Program-made: the position numbers and the translations under genes
Shown here: piece by piece, positions 35,926-50,394 of the stretch
Layout of the letters: each line of letters begins with the position of its first letter
How positions within the stretch are numbered: the stretch's first letter is position 1
Origin: Callorhinchus milii
Lineage: Eukaryota
Reading direction: 5' to 3'
Assembly (NCBI RefSeq): GCF_018977255.1
Contig: NW_024704742.1
Coordinates: 14,758,001-14,822,000, forward strand
DNA: 64,000 nt
The notes under the pieces: model-generated
Databases searched by the model: none
Seen by the model: only the letters and a program-made list of their open reading frames with translations
What the model was told of the DNA's origin: nothing

Positions 35926-36792
35926 GCATAATTCGATCAATTATCGCACTAATTAAATAACTATGTTATTGACTGCTCCTGTCATATGGTTTATTGGCTT
36001 ACAGTGCCTAATATTGGTCTTATCAAGGAGTGTTCCTTCGAAATATAATGATAATAAAAGTCAATTGGAATCTTCAGACAGATTCAACCTTTCCTAATGT
36101 TGTTCATAGCAAAGCTGATTTAGTTATTGGAGCAAGTTTTGTGCAGATCTGTAGGAACACAAGCAGATTTACTGCTATGTTCACCTGCAAAGTCACTGCA
36201 CTTTACAGGAAGAACAACTACGACAACTTGTATTTATATTGCGCCCTTCATGCTGGGACCGTCTTGGAGTGTTTGAGGAGTCCTGCTCTAGTTCTCCTGG
36301 GCTTTCTGTTTATATAAAATACATTTGTTCACTTTAACATACATTCATTTCACTTTACAGTATATTCCTTTAAGTGCCTTGAGACGTCTCGAAGACGTGA
36401 TAAGGTGCTATATCAAATACAAGGATTATTATTTGGTGTAAATGAGATTTGCATATGTAGGGAAGTTTTGTACATATAGTGGAAATTGTCATAAACCTTT
36501 CGTAACTGACTTTGTTTATGAGTTGTATTTTACAGAGGTTGGGGCTTAACCTCTGACTAGTTTCACTGCTAGAATCTATTTGAAATCTGGTTAATAGAAT
36601 AAATCCCAAATTGTGCCATCCCTCTGTGGCAGTTTTGGTCATCCAGTTACTGAGACAAGTGGGTCCAAAGTACTCAAAAGCACTGTTAATCGCAGACAAA
36701 TTAATCTGGCTCATTGGCAGGACTTGGAGGAAATAGAAATTCTTTTCACTAGAACGCAACATTAATTTCCCTTTTAAACTTTCATTTATTTA

Positions 36793-37109
36793 TAATAATA
36801 ATATTTGACATTTGATATAGCGCTTTTCACGTTGGGAGGACGTCCCAAAGCGCTTCACAGAACACACTGTAAAGTGAATTGATTGTATATTTGTGGGCGA
36901 ACGCGGCAGCCAATTGCGCACAGCAATGTCCTACAACCAGTCGTAGATTGAAAATGACCAATTTATAATTGTTTTTTTTTTGGAGGGATTATTATTAGGC
37001 TCTGTGTGGAGTAAGGAAACTTGCCCAAGGTTTCGCCCTCTGCCTGGAATTGAACCCAGGTCTCTCACTTGCAAAGCGAGTGCTCTAACCACTGAGCTAC
37101 AGGACTCCA
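36793..37109 (-). mobile_element. Full-length young SINE
   Basis: Reverse complement of the 26452 copy. Confidence 0.93.
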
Positions 37110-38120
37110 CAAAATTACATTTTAAATTGAACATTTTAAATTGAACAAAGTATTTAGGCTGAACTGTGCATGATAACTTCAAACAAACCCTGTCCGAGGA
37201 GCATGTGGCTAAAACATATTCTTTCAGCAGAAGCTAAGGAATATTTGAAGTGAAATTCTATTGTTTGAGCTGTCAAACACACAAGCTGTTTTTTTTATAT
37301 TTTCTTCATGCATGTTCCAAAAATAAGCAAACTTGTTTTTGAATGCTTGTGACCTCAACCCTTACTTGGTTTGACAATTCAAGCTTATTATCCAGAGCAA
37401 ACCTGCTACTGATATTTAATCGAATAACACACTTTTCTTATATAATGCTGAGGGTAGCAACAGCTGAGTTACAAAGAGGGCATCTCTTGTGATCATGACA
37501 ACCAACAATCTGTTGCAACCCCAGGGATGTAATGTCCTTTGAGGATGCAGCTAATGGAAAGCAAACCAATTTTACTCTGTGAAAGATGCTCTAGCATCTG
37601 CCTACACTTAGAGACTATTGCTCTAGATTAAATTTAGTTGGGCTCTTGTGCCACACTCACTAATGTCACAAAGTTTCAAATTTAGTTAGATTAGATAAAA
37701 TCTCAAGAAATGAATGGGATAAAATTCCACAAGGGTCTAGATTTACTCTATTAATGTAGCATTTCAGAGCGTCCAGAATTTGTCAAATGCTTAAACACAA
37801 TCTTTAATTTTGAAGTGTTTCTTTTGTGTAAGTATTACATTTAGGAAACTATGGCGAATGGGCTTTAAAGTTAAAACTGAATTCCATGTTGTCCTTTTAT
37901 CATGTCCATTATCATGTTGTCTCTTTTAACACTGCTCTTTGCATGATGCAGTCAAACCTGGATTGTTAGTACGTTCCACTTCCTTGACCGCTTACCATTC
38001 CCTTTGATTAAACATGCTCCTGTCTCAAATTTAGTTTGAGCAGTACCATTCTGGAAAGTGATACCCAAAAGAATAAGTGGTGCTTCTAACAACTTAAAAG
38101 CTGTATTGTAAGAGTTATTG

Positions 38121-38560
38121 AACAACAACAACAAAATTACATTTGTATAGTGCTTTTCACATCAGGAGGACATCCCAAGGCGCTGGACAGTCAGTGTTTC
38201 GCCCCAATAGTGGGGTGAGCGAGGTGGGGGACGTGAAGCAGGCCGGAGCCCGCTGAGCAGAGAGAGAGAGCAGGCTGGTAGGGGGTTAGGAGGGCGCAAA
38301 GGTAATGAGGAGCAAGACCATGGAGGGTTTTGAAGGTGAGGACCAGGATCTTGAACTGTATCCTCTGTGTGATGTCAGTGGAGTCGGGCGAGCATGGGGG
38401 GTGATAGGGTCGCGGAGCCTGGTGCAGGAGAGGACACAGGTTGCAGAGTTCTGGATGATCTGCAATCTATGGAGGGAGGAGTTGGCGGGGGTTCGATAAG
38501 CAATGAGTTTGCGTAGTCAAGCCTGGATGTAATGAAAGCATGTTTGAGGGTTTCGGCATA
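38121..38560 (-). mobile_element. L2 3' fragment with internal deletion
   Basis: (caa)n tail plus reverse LQIIQNSA and IQFKIL segments. Confidence 0.85.
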
Positions 38561-41500
38561 CTGAAGTATGCTTATGTTCTTCCTTCTGTTCTTGGGCCAG
38601 CCTCACAAATAAAGCAAGTGTTTAATAGCATTAAGATGAAAAAGACTTAGAATATATGTTTTCAGTAATAAAATTAATTTTGTAATTTTGAAATAAAGAG
38701 AGAGATTAGAAAGGGTATTTTTAAATGTGCTTATTGAAATAAATGTTAAGAAAAAAATTGTGTGTTTGGGATGAAAGTCTTGTCTGTCTGAAATCTATAA
38801 GGGGCTGATGTGAAATGGGTTTGGGCAGCCTCAAATCAGCTCCGAACGGAATACAAAACGGATCATATCACATAATAGCCATTAATTTGGCAATATATTG
38901 ACAATCACATTCAGAGTGGCCACGAGATAAGCCTTGTAGGAATGAAAAATGAGCTCTGGGTAGACAGGGGGTACTATTTTGAGATTGGAAGAGAATCGAA
39001 AGAGCTTCACCCTGTGCAAACCAGGCTATATCTGACCTAGGTACACTTGATGTTCACACTGAGTGCCTGAAATTCTGAGCACTAACATTCATCATTTGAT
39101 AAATACAATGTTCACATAATTTTAAAAAAAACACGTTGTGGATTAAACCAAGAATTACTTATTAAACTTAGATCCATGAGATAAATGGATTTGATGTATC
39201 ATGTCAATAGAAATACATCCAGTTTGTTAAATGCAGACCGATAATGAGCTAATTTTAGGCTGTAATTCAAGTTAGACTATCAAACAACAATAACAAATTA
39301 CATTTGTAAAGCACTTTTCACGATGGGAGGATGCCCCAAACCAATGGACAGTCAAATATTTGGACCCGAGCTGGGGTGTTGGGATCAAGGGGTGGGGGCG
39401 AGAGGGCAGGGAGGGTAGGGATAGGAGCATGACCTGAGGAGACACATCAACAGCATGAATCAACTGACCTTAATTTAACATGCTTCAAAATAAACCCAAT
39501 TGGAAGTTAGATAGTTTTACGTAAACATGCTAATTGTTCTTCTACAGCACGTAACGTGTGCTTTTACAGGGCACTTGTGTGGATAGATATGGCCCAGTTG
39601 TGTTCTCTTCTAATTAATATAATGCATCAATCCAATACACCATATGACAGTCAATGGGCAAAGTGACCTATTCTCATGACTCTGCTAATGTCACACTATT
39701 ATAGCTAGGTTATTAGGCAGTGCATAAGACCAGCGCAAGTATATATTGCTTGGATTTTCTTTATGCTTTGTTCAGGAGCCTCTTCACTGTACTTTTCCCT
39801 GAAGCCTGGTTTATAGAACGAACTCACTGCATGACATTGTGAGGGCAGATACTGTATAAAGCTGAGTATAATGAATCTCGCTGTACAGAGGTTCTGTGAA
39901 TAGTGAATATTCCTGTATATAGTGTATAGTGAATCAGCTTGTATAGATGCTTGGGCTTTTGTGAGTCTCCCGATTGTACTGAATTAAATTAGCTAAGTAG
40001 CCCAAGCCTTCAAACTGCTGCACAGCCTCACACCTCTTTTAGGATTGTGTAAAGTAAAATATAGCAACAGATGCAGCTCCNTTTTTCGTTTGATGAACCT
40101 GCTTGTTATTTGCCTGGAGAAGGGAATGTGATACCCCAGTGCATCTCCTAAACTCACATGGCTCTGCTACCATTTGTGAGCTGAAATACAGTAACTAATG
40201 GACAAGGAGTTTTCTCTAGTGTCAACTGAGGTAGTTTTTTTTTCTTTCCATGAGGATCTGTTTTATCTCAGACTTGAAACTTGCTTATTATATATGAAGG
40301 GGGTTATGCTCCTTGGGCAGAAAAAACATTATTTGTAACTTGGAGACATCTGAGCTCGTGCAATGTATCACATACACATCTGTTTCTATTGATTCTTTGG
40401 AGTGTGCTCCACCGTGTTAACAGGACAAGATCCTTGTCCCCACATCCTCAGGCATATTTTTCAACATAAAAAGGGCATTAACAATTGTTAGTCAGTATAT
40501 CTCTGCCAAGCTAGAGGCTGAGCAAACAGGCAGCGGGATGAATAACTGAATGCTCTATTTAATTGATGGCACACACCTGCTTTCTATTCACCATAAAAGT
40601 AGTATCCAATCTGTACAGATAGATGCTGGGAATGATACAGTGAAAACATGAGACCACACAGGACGATTTAAGACAATGAATAAACAAATATGTTTTAAAA
40701 CCAATGTAAGTTACTATAGGCTGCCCAGAAACCATTTGAAAATTCTATAATACTAAGGATGCCTGAGTCAATAATGTTTAGCTCATTGATTCAAAATATA
40801 GATAAGTCTCTTGATGCATTTATCTCTGTCAGCCTTTTATTGTCAAGAAACCAATATAAAATCCTGTAGAGATAGCATTTGTATGTTCCTAAATCTGCAG
40901 TGTGTCTTCAAGATTCACATAGAGAACTGGCTGCAAGGTTATTCTGTATAACAGCTTTAGCCAGCTTCACCTAAGCAAACATCTCAGTCATAAAAAGGGC
41001 AGGAATCTCATTTAATCCAGATTCTCCCATTTGTACAATATTAATACAAGGCCAATGGTGTACACTTAGTCTAAAATTAGTGGCACTTTCACAAGTATCA
41101 CCCCAATGTTTCTTTGGAACTATTGTTTTAAAGAAAAGAAAGTTTACAAGAGACATAATAATAATTCTTGCATTTGATATAGGGCCTTATCAGATCAATG
41201 AGCCATCTCAAAGTGCTTCACAGAATATATTATAAAGTTGATGGACTGTATATTTTGTGGACGAAACATGGCAGCCAATTGCAGAAAGCAGTGTCCCACT
41301 AACGGTGACCAAATTAAAAAATAATAATGGGTNGGGGGGTGGAATTATTAGCCCCGGAAAGTGGTCTCCCATCGACTAACAACCTAATAATAATCCTTTG
41401 AAAATTACAAAATTGAGATCTTTTTAATCTGTTTCTTAATTAAGGGATGAAGTTTGAAATATATGCTGACTTCTGAAAAGTGGAAAAAGAGGCAGAAAAT

Positions 41501-42039
41501 TAAATTGTAAATGGTGTATTCATTTTAAAACTATTTTCATACATTTCTCAAATTCATGGCACTAATAAAAAGGTAATATTGTATGTACTTTACCAAACAT
41601 AAATGTTACGGAAACATCTAAAGAATGAACAGTAATAACTATTTGTCAGAAGCCTTTTTATTTCTACGAAAAATGCATTTTGTAGCCTATTGCCATGCAG
41701 TAAGTGGGAAAATATGAAAAGGTTACCAAGGGCAATGTGCGACAAATATGAGTTCATGAGAAAAAACAATTCTGATGAATTATGCAGCTGTCTTTATTTA
41801 ATGCAAGTTATGTTTTGAGATATGATAGAATTAATTAACAGTAAAGATGAAAGACGACTGGTAATAAATGGGGATCAAGGCTATCATCTCTATGCATCAT
41901 AGGGTTTATGTTGAGATATTCACAAACTGCATTCAATGCATAACTTGTGATTTGCAGTTTGGAACAACGAACTCTGTTTAATCTGCAAGATTTGCAAACT
42001 AATTAGTTGCACAGCTCATGACTGAAAAACGCTGAATCT

Positions 42040-43040
42040 TCAGCTTGGCTTAGTGGTAGCACTCTCACCTCTGAGTCAGAAGGTTGTGGGTTCAAATTCC
42101 ACGTTGGGATTTGAACTCACATTGTCTAAGATGACACTCCAAATACAGTGGTTGGGGCGTGTTGCATTGTCCTTCAGATGAGACGTTAAATCAAGGTCCC
42201 ATCTGCCTGTTCAGATGAATGTTAAAGATGCCATGATACCATTCAAAAAGAGAGGGGAGTTTCTCCCGGTGTCCTGGCCAACAATCCCCCCAAATAAAAT
42301 TGGTCTCTCGCTCCAGGGCTATTTGTAGGACATTGCTCTGTGTAATTGTGCTGACGCATTTGCCTACAAACACATAATCACTCCATTGAGACTCACATCA
42401 AGACTCGCCTAAGGGAACTCCCTCCTCATCGGCCTTCCCAACTCTTCCCTTCACAAGCTGCAGATCATCCGAAACTCTGCAGCTTGTGTACTCTCACACA
42501 CCAGGCTCCGTGAATCCATCACTCTCACCCTCGCCCGACTCTACTGGCTCCCCATCCCCCAGAGGATCAAGTTCAAGAACCTCATCCTCAGTTTCAAGGC
42601 CGGCCATCTCTGATCTGCTGACTCCCTACCAACCTGCCCACTCCCTCCGTTCAGTCTGCTCCATGTCTCCTGCCCGACCCGACCTACTATTGGTGTCCGG
42701 GCTTTCAGCCTCTCTGCCCCCACACTCTGGAACTCCATCCCATGGTCCCTTCACCTCGCTTCCCCCCTTGCCTCCTTCAAGACCGATCTCAAGACCCTTC
42801 TCTTCGATCGTGCATTCGTTCGCCCTCCAACCTCTCTGCCTTCCCTCACCCCTACACCACCCCTCCACCATGCTCGGGCCCTGATACCTGACTGTTCAGC
42901 ACTTTGGGACGTCCTCTGACGTGAAAGGTGCTCTCTAAATGTAATTTTGTTGCTGTTGATGTTTCACAGTAAATGCTATGAAGCGCTTTGAGGCGTCCTT
43001 CCGACCTGATAAAGTGCTATAAGGAATCCAAGGATTATAA
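42040..43040 (+). mobile_element. Long Deu-SINE with nested L2 3' fragment (about 42390-42960)
   Basis: SINE head and core at 42040-42390; tail resumes at about 42962. Confidence 0.85.
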
Positions 43041-44522
43041 TTTTAATTTTTTAAAAATCAAATAGCTTCCAATAGTTGCAAAACTCTAATCACAATCTCT
43101 GTATCAAATCTTGTTTATGAATTAGACCTCCACCACCTCCTATCAAACTGGCTTTCAATAAATGCTGTCTTTCAACTCACTTGACTTAACCCAACACACA
43201 CTGAAGCTCAGACAGAATGCCTGTGAGAGATAGTAACAATAATCCTGTGCTTGTTGTACCACCTATAATGTCAAAACAGCTTATAGTGCTTCACAGAGAA
43301 TTGCTGTCAAGTGGTGTGACAGAAGCTGTATTAAAAACATCCTTTGGGTTGTTTTGTATTGTAAGGATGGGTGTGATGATCTATTTAACAATGGACAAAT
43401 CTTAAGAACTGATGTGTTCACTAATGTTATGGTATAATTGCTACATTAAAGCACAATTAAACTAACTAGTGATGGTCTGACCTTAGGAAATAGCTTTCAT
43501 AGCTTTATGAAATCCTATATATTTTTATTTGCTTTAATGTAGCAATTAGATTGCTCTACCCTGGAGTCCCTTCATCTCGTTCCTTCCCCTGCCTCCTTCA
43601 ATATTTGTCTCAAGACCTTCCTATTTGACTGTGCCTTTGGTCATCTTTCCTCCACCCATCCCCACCCCATCTGTTTTGGTTCCCACCCCTCTGAATCCAA
43701 ACCCCAGCTCGGGGGAAAACCTGTGACTGTCCAGTGCCTTGGGATGTCCTCCTGATGTGAAAGGCACCATATAAATGCAATTTGTTGTTGTCCAATGCAC
43801 TAAAGAAGTGCATTAAAAGAGCCAAACCGTAAAGCCATTTACTCATATGAATTGCATCAACCAACACTGTTGCATTGTGAAACACTGATGTTGTGGTTAA
43901 CTGAAAAAAAAATAAAGGATAGGAAAGCATTAATAAATAGTCAGCTGCTGTGGGATTTAACCATCTGCCATTTTCACTGAGTTTTTCCTAATTTATTGAT
44001 TTTCAAATACATTTATACTGGATAGTGTCACGAGGGCAGAAATTTGAACAAGCAGCGACACAAATAATTAAAATATACTGTTTGCTGAGTATTACTTCTG
44101 GGGATTAGATGGAGCAGGAAATGAAGCTCAATTCTTATTCCTGAATAGCTTCTATAATTGAAGGTTTATTGAATGGCAAATGATTGTTCTCCCACCCTAA
44201 TGTTATCAAAAGATATATCCTGTATATGTAGAGTGAGAGCAAATGAAAGGGAAAGCAGATCGCTCCTAACTATAAATAATAAATAGATAATTATAATTAT
44301 AAATTACAACTATATAGTTATTATAATGTATTTTTTATATTATAATAATTATACATAAATAAATATATATCATAAAATATTAAACGACTTTGTGGGATAC
44401 TGCTGTCCGCAATTGGTTGCCGTGTTTCGCACACAAAATACAGTCAATCCACTTTATGATATATTATGTGAAATGTTTTGAGATGTCTCAATGATGTGAT
44501 AAGTTGTATATCTAATGCAATG

Positions 44523-44523
<1 letters not shown>

Positions 44524-44558
<35 letters not shown>
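44524..44558. repeat. (ATT)n microsatellite at a SINE tail (SINE about 44385-44558)
   Basis: Direct reading. Confidence 0.9.
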
Positions 44559-44559
<1 letters not shown>

Positions 44560-44689
44560 GTCAGGATTCATAAATTTTCTCTAGGGAAGATTATGACCCA
44601 GTTTCAGTTTATGTTTTTAAATCTTATTCTACCATCTGCACCAGTCATCCAGCTGGCTTTAGACACTCAGTTTGATTTCTTTTTTTACA

Positions 44690-44975
44690 TAATAATAATC
44701 CTTGCATTTGATACAGCACCTTATCACATCTTCGAAACGTTTCAAAGAGCTTCACAGAATATACTGTAAAATGAATTGTCTATATTTACTTATTTTTTAA
44801 AAACTTATTACTATCCCCAGAAAAGCCATCTGCCAATCGACTAACAACTAGGTTCCTATTTACTGCTAGGTGAACGGAGGAGTGTGGAGTAAGGAAACTT
44901 GCCCAATGTTTCGCCCTGCCCGGGAATCAAACCCAGGTCTCTCACTTGGGAGGTGAGTGCTCTAACCACTAAGGA
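44690..44975 (-). mobile_element. SINE lacking the Deu core
   Basis: Tail joined directly to head/body. Confidence 0.75.
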
Positions 44976-47624
44976 GACTGAGTGGCCAGAATCAACAAAG
45001 ATGTGTAGGTGTATATTTTGAGAGAGGTGGAGTGAGGGGTATCTTCCAGGAGTGAACTTGAGGGGCTTCTGTGACTTTTTCTGCTTCTTCCCCTCTGTAT
45101 GTTATGTTTTTATGTTGGTTTGTACGTATGAACGACTCTAGTAGTACTGGCCAGCATACATTTTGCAGTACACCTATTACAGTATCAGCCAGTTCATCAG
45201 CATCAAGGTGTTTGGCAGCTTTAACTTTCTGTGGTTCTTTTGTTTTTTTTGTTACCTGACAGATGCAGAAATTCATCACCATGCTTACGAATCTCCAAAC
45301 CAAACCACAGAGAATTCAATACATGCAATGATTTCCATTTATCCGAAACCAGTGATCCCCCGGGATGTCCTTCTGGCTTGAAACAGCTCCATAAATGCAA
45401 TTTGCTGCTGATGTTACACTACTTCACTTCAAAAGGTGGAAATGTGCTCCAGGCCTAAAATGGTTAAGGGAAGGCTCTGTTAACTGAGTTCTTTGACTTT
45501 GCTCTGTTTGAACAACTATTATCAGATGACGCCCTTCAATATGTGAGCAAATCCTTTTGCGTTGGGGTAAGGAAAGTCCAGAGATCAAAGGTTGCTGCAG
45601 ATATAAGGCTTGGGAACTCCCTGCTACATCTTTGTACTCTGACCCCACCTTTCTACCTGCTTTTTAATTTAAGTCCCTCCTGAAAACCTTCCTCTTCGAC
45701 TGTGCTTATATCCACTCCCCTTCTGTGCTTATGGCCATTCCCCTTGAGACGCTACCCTGCGTGGAGAGTGCTATATAAGTGCAAATTGTTGTTGTTGTTA
45801 GCCTCCCTGCTGTGAGAATCCCTTTAATCCACTTTAAACCAAAGCTGGACTTTTTTAAAAAAAACTTGCAGTGATTCCTTCCCCCAAAGGCAAATGCATT
45901 TGAAATTCCATTGATTTAAGATTACCACAAAAATATTACAAGCTGCGAATCTGTAAGGTCTGGAAGTCACAAATCTGAGGTGTTGATTTATAGCATTTTA
46001 TTGAAGTGAATTACTGCACCAGCTCCTTGGTATTGAAAGCATGGGTACAAGTCATTCAATTTGACTATTATTATTATCATCAACATATGAGTAAAGATTA
46101 GGCATTGGTTCCAATTTGTACTAACCTTTAGGCAGCACGATTTTCAAACACTATTAGATTATAATTCATATATGGGTCCAACGTATTACATTGTATTGCA
46201 ATATTTGCAAAGTTAGTGTATTATTAGTAATTACCCAATACAATAGGAAAACCGGATGCAAATCCTTATTAGCTCTACAGTGAGTCTGAATACATGATCC
46301 CAATGGATGTGTGGCAAGGGGGATGGGGGTGGGGTCATTAAATCATTCTAATACTTAATCCCTTTAGTCATGTTACTGATCTAACAATTTCCAGTGGAGA
46401 GGAATCAGATTGTGTTACCTTACAAATTTTAAAGACTACTCTTTGACTGCACCAGTGGTAATCTCCCTCATCCTCTTCTCCCTTGTATGGCGCCCAACAC
46501 AGCCACTGTGCAGTGCTCCAAGATGCTATCCTGCATGAAGGACACTATGTCAATCAAATTGTTGTTTAATCACACTCTTTTTCAAATCCCTTCATGCCCT
46601 GACACCTCCCTACCTCTCTGACCTGCTTACCGCCCAACCCACAACCCGCTCCCCCCACTTGACTGACTCCGGCCTTCTGCTTGTCCCTCGTGCCCTCCAT
46701 TCCACCATTAGTGGCCTTGCTTTCAGCCACTATGTCTCAAAACTCTTGAACATTCTTCCTCTATCCCTCCATATTGCCCCTTCCTTCCCCATCTTCAGGT
46801 CGTGCCTGAAGACCTTCCTATTTGACCATGTCTGCAGTCAACTCACCTCTGCTACTGTCAAGCGTTTTGGAATGCTACCTTGCATGAGGGGCACTATATA
46901 AATGCAAGTTGTTGTTGTTGTTTATGGAGGATTTGTCTCCCCATGAAATTTGATGCAAAACCCAGATTCCTAAGGAATCTAGAAACATTATTTTCACCAG
47001 ACTCCTGGACATCCATATCCAATGGACCAACATCCAATTGAATAAGTATACCCAATAGGTTTCCCACACAAAATTGGATATGTATCCCACACTTTTTCAT
47101 ATATATCCCACTATTGGCGGGCGGGCCTTCTGCCACTCTGCCCCGTATGCTGCGGAATTTGATCCATACTCGCTTTAGATCCCGTGAAATTAGAAATATA
47201 CTGTCACTAATACCTGGCCTTTGAATAGATATCCTCCACTGGGTAGAATTGGATATAAATACAACCTAGGAAATTAGATTCTGATTTGAGTAAATCTTAT
47301 TCCTGGATCCCTTCGCCCTCTCTCCTCAAGAATTCAGGATGCATGAAAGTTTGGATATGATAAAGTAATTGTTTTACTGATAAAACTTTTTTTCAAGCTG
47401 TCTCCTTCTCCCTCCACCCTGCTCCCTGTCATGTATCGGAAGTCACTTGGCAAAGTTCTCATTTAAATTCACACCACCATTCCACCCAGTATATTGGCCA
47501 TGAATTTTATCAACTTACGAATAATAGTGAACCATTCATGGCTCCAGCAAGAATCAGTCAACCTGTGGGGTATTGCATTTGATCTTCCATCTTGTCCTTA
47601 TATGCTTCAACCTCATTGAAGAGA

Positions 47625-48150
47625 CACCTTCCATAGGCTGCAGATCTCCAGAATTCTGCAGCCCGTGTCCTCACCTGCACCAGACTCCGTGATCCTATCA
47701 CCCCCATCCTCGCCTGACTCCACTGGCTTCCTATCTCACAGAGGATACAGTTCAATATCATGGTCTTAACTTTCAAAGCCCTCCATGGTCTTGCTCCCCC
47801 TATCTCTGTGACCTCCTAACCCCCTACCAGCCTGCTCGCTCCCTCCGCTCAACGGTCTCCAGCCTGCTTCATGTCCCCCGCCTCGCTCGCCCCACTATTG
47901 GCGGGCGGGCCTTCTGCCACTCTGCTCCCACCCACTGGAACTCCATCTCGCAGTCCCTGCGCCTCACCCCCTCCCTTGCCACCTTCAAGATCCATCTCAA
48001 GATCCTCCTCTTCGACCGTGGTTCACCCTCTGCCCTCCACCCTCTTCGATTCTGACCCCCAGCTCAGGTCCAAAACTTTGTCTGTCCAGCGCCTTGGGAC
48101 ATCCTCCCGATGTGAAAGGCACTATACAAATGTAATTTTGTTGTTGTTCT
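47625..48150 (+). mobile_element. L2 3' fragment with tail
   Basis: cagaattctgcagcc..ctccactggcttcc..(ttg)n. Confidence 0.88.
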
Positions 48151-49645
48151 TCTTCTTTGTATCACAGTTCTTTACTTCAGGCTGAACAGTGCATTTCAGC
48201 ACGTTCTCACCCAACTGATGATTGTATTAATCAGTCAGTCTTGGGCCGAGTCTGATCAACACAATACAGGACGGTACAGTAGCAATTCACGACACCACAA
48301 ACTACAGCTGCATTAACAAGTTCACTTCTTCTTTCTTGGGTAATTTAACTCTTCACAATACAATACACAGCATATTAACATCTTATAGATTCATAGAATA
48401 TTACAGCAGAGAAGGAGGCCATTCGGCACATCATGTCTGTGCCGGCTCTTTGGAAAAGCTACCCAATCAGTCCCACTCCCCCGCTTTTTCCCCATATCCT
48501 TGCAAATATTTCCTCTTCAATTCCCTTTTGAAAGTTGTTATTGAATCTGTTTCCATCACCCTTTCACCACATCTTCTCATATCATTTTATCTAGTCTGAT
48601 ACCAGCTACCCCGTTACACCCACTTAGCTTAGATAGAAGTTCTGCAACTCGGCTCAATTTAATTAAAACAACATTTTAAAATCATGATTGCAGTTCATCA
48701 AGTCTTCTTAACACCTACTAATGAACATAAGGAACCTTCACTTAATCAAAACAATACGTAGATTGTATTGACAACATCAAATTTGTAATTCTACAGGTCA
48801 GCTCAACATAAGCTAACATAAGCATAACCTAACTCAACTGAAACATTTTTTATTAATTCAATTCTGATCACAGCAATCTTAGGCCACAAGTGGACATTGC
48901 AGATATAGATTTCCTAATAAGCAAGATAATTTACATCTGGACAATAATTTAGTGTCACAGAAATCAATGACAAAAACACATGAAAACAATCGATTTACTG
49001 CGCAAAGAAAATGTTGTGCAACTGTTTTATTGTTGAGTCTGTGAGAGTTGAAATGAGCATATTGGCATTGCAAGAGCACCAGATGTTTTGATCTTCAGCA
49101 TTACTACAATGACTACAATGACAAGTGGATAACATCTTCATAAGCGCTCTGAGACACTACCCTGCGTGGAAGACACTATATAACTGCAAGTTGTAGTTAT
49201 TGTTGTTGTATATAATAAGTGTTAAAAGCTTGCGCTCAAAAATGTTCCTTTAATACAAAACTTTTTTTCCATCAACTTTTTAATACGCTGTACTTTTCTT
49301 TTACCTTTATTTACAGAGGAGATAATCAATCCTTAGTGAATTCTAACCCATAAGGATTATCAAATCAGACAAAATGTTCCTTAAATGTTTAAACTGCTTT
49401 TTATTGTATTTTTCAGTGACCTTTGCTCTAAGATGTGTGTGACAGATACTCAAGCCAAAGGTTTAAAAATTGAGATGAAAGCTATACTCGGTGCTTACCA
49501 TCTGCTGGTGGCAGAGTGTTTTGTCTTGAACATATGCCATCTGTGAACTGCGTGACTACTTGTTCATACTTGTTCCGCTTTGACCATACTGCAATGCCCC
49601 ACTTCAAGACTTGAAATCACATAATCTAAGATAACACTCCAACGA

Positions 49646-50275
49646 GGAGTCCTGTAGCTCAGAGCACTCGATCTGGGTTCAAATCCCAGCAGGACAAAAC
49701 CTTGGGCAAGTTTCCTTACTCCACACCCCTGATAATAATCCCTCAAGGGGAAAAAATAATAATAAATCGGTCACTTCAATCCACGACTGTTTGTGGGATA
49801 CTGCTGTGCGCGCTTGGCTGCTGCGTTTCGCCCACAAATATACAATCAATTCACTTTACAGTATATTCTGTGAAGTGCTTTGAGATGTCTAGAAAACGTG
49901 AAAAGCGGCATATCAAATGAAAGGATTATTATTATTAATGCAGTATTGGGGGTGTGTTACGTTGTTGGAGGTAACATTCTTTGAATAAAATGTTAAACCA
50001 AGGTCCCGTCTCTCTATTTAGGTGGACTATAAAGATCCCATAGCACGATTTGAAAAGGGCAGGGAGATTCTCCCGGTGTTCTGGCCAACAGATCCCCCAA
50101 ATAAAATTGGTCACTCCATGACTGTTTGTGGGACATTGCTATGCAGCAATGCGCTGCTGTGTTTCACCCACAAAATACACAGTCAATTCACTTTACAGTA
50201 TATCCTGTGAAGTGCTTTGAGACGTCTTGATGACATGATAAGGCTCTTTATCAAATGAGAGGATTATTATTATGA
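49646..50275 (+). mobile_element. Two tandem SINEs (49646-49937; 49940-50275)
   Basis: Heads/bodies, Deu cores and tails. Confidence 0.85.
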
Positions 50276-50394
50276 TAATCTAGGCAGTATTTATTAAAGA
50301 ATAATAATAACACTTGCATTTGATATTGTTCCTTTCCTATCAGGAGGGCATCTCAAACCACTTCACAGAATGATGTATTGAATCTATAATAACA

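Noticed and set aside
46930..47620. Possible ancient LINE RT remnant (also 52280-52800 and 62860-63280)
   Set aside because: Too degraded to support a call by eye.
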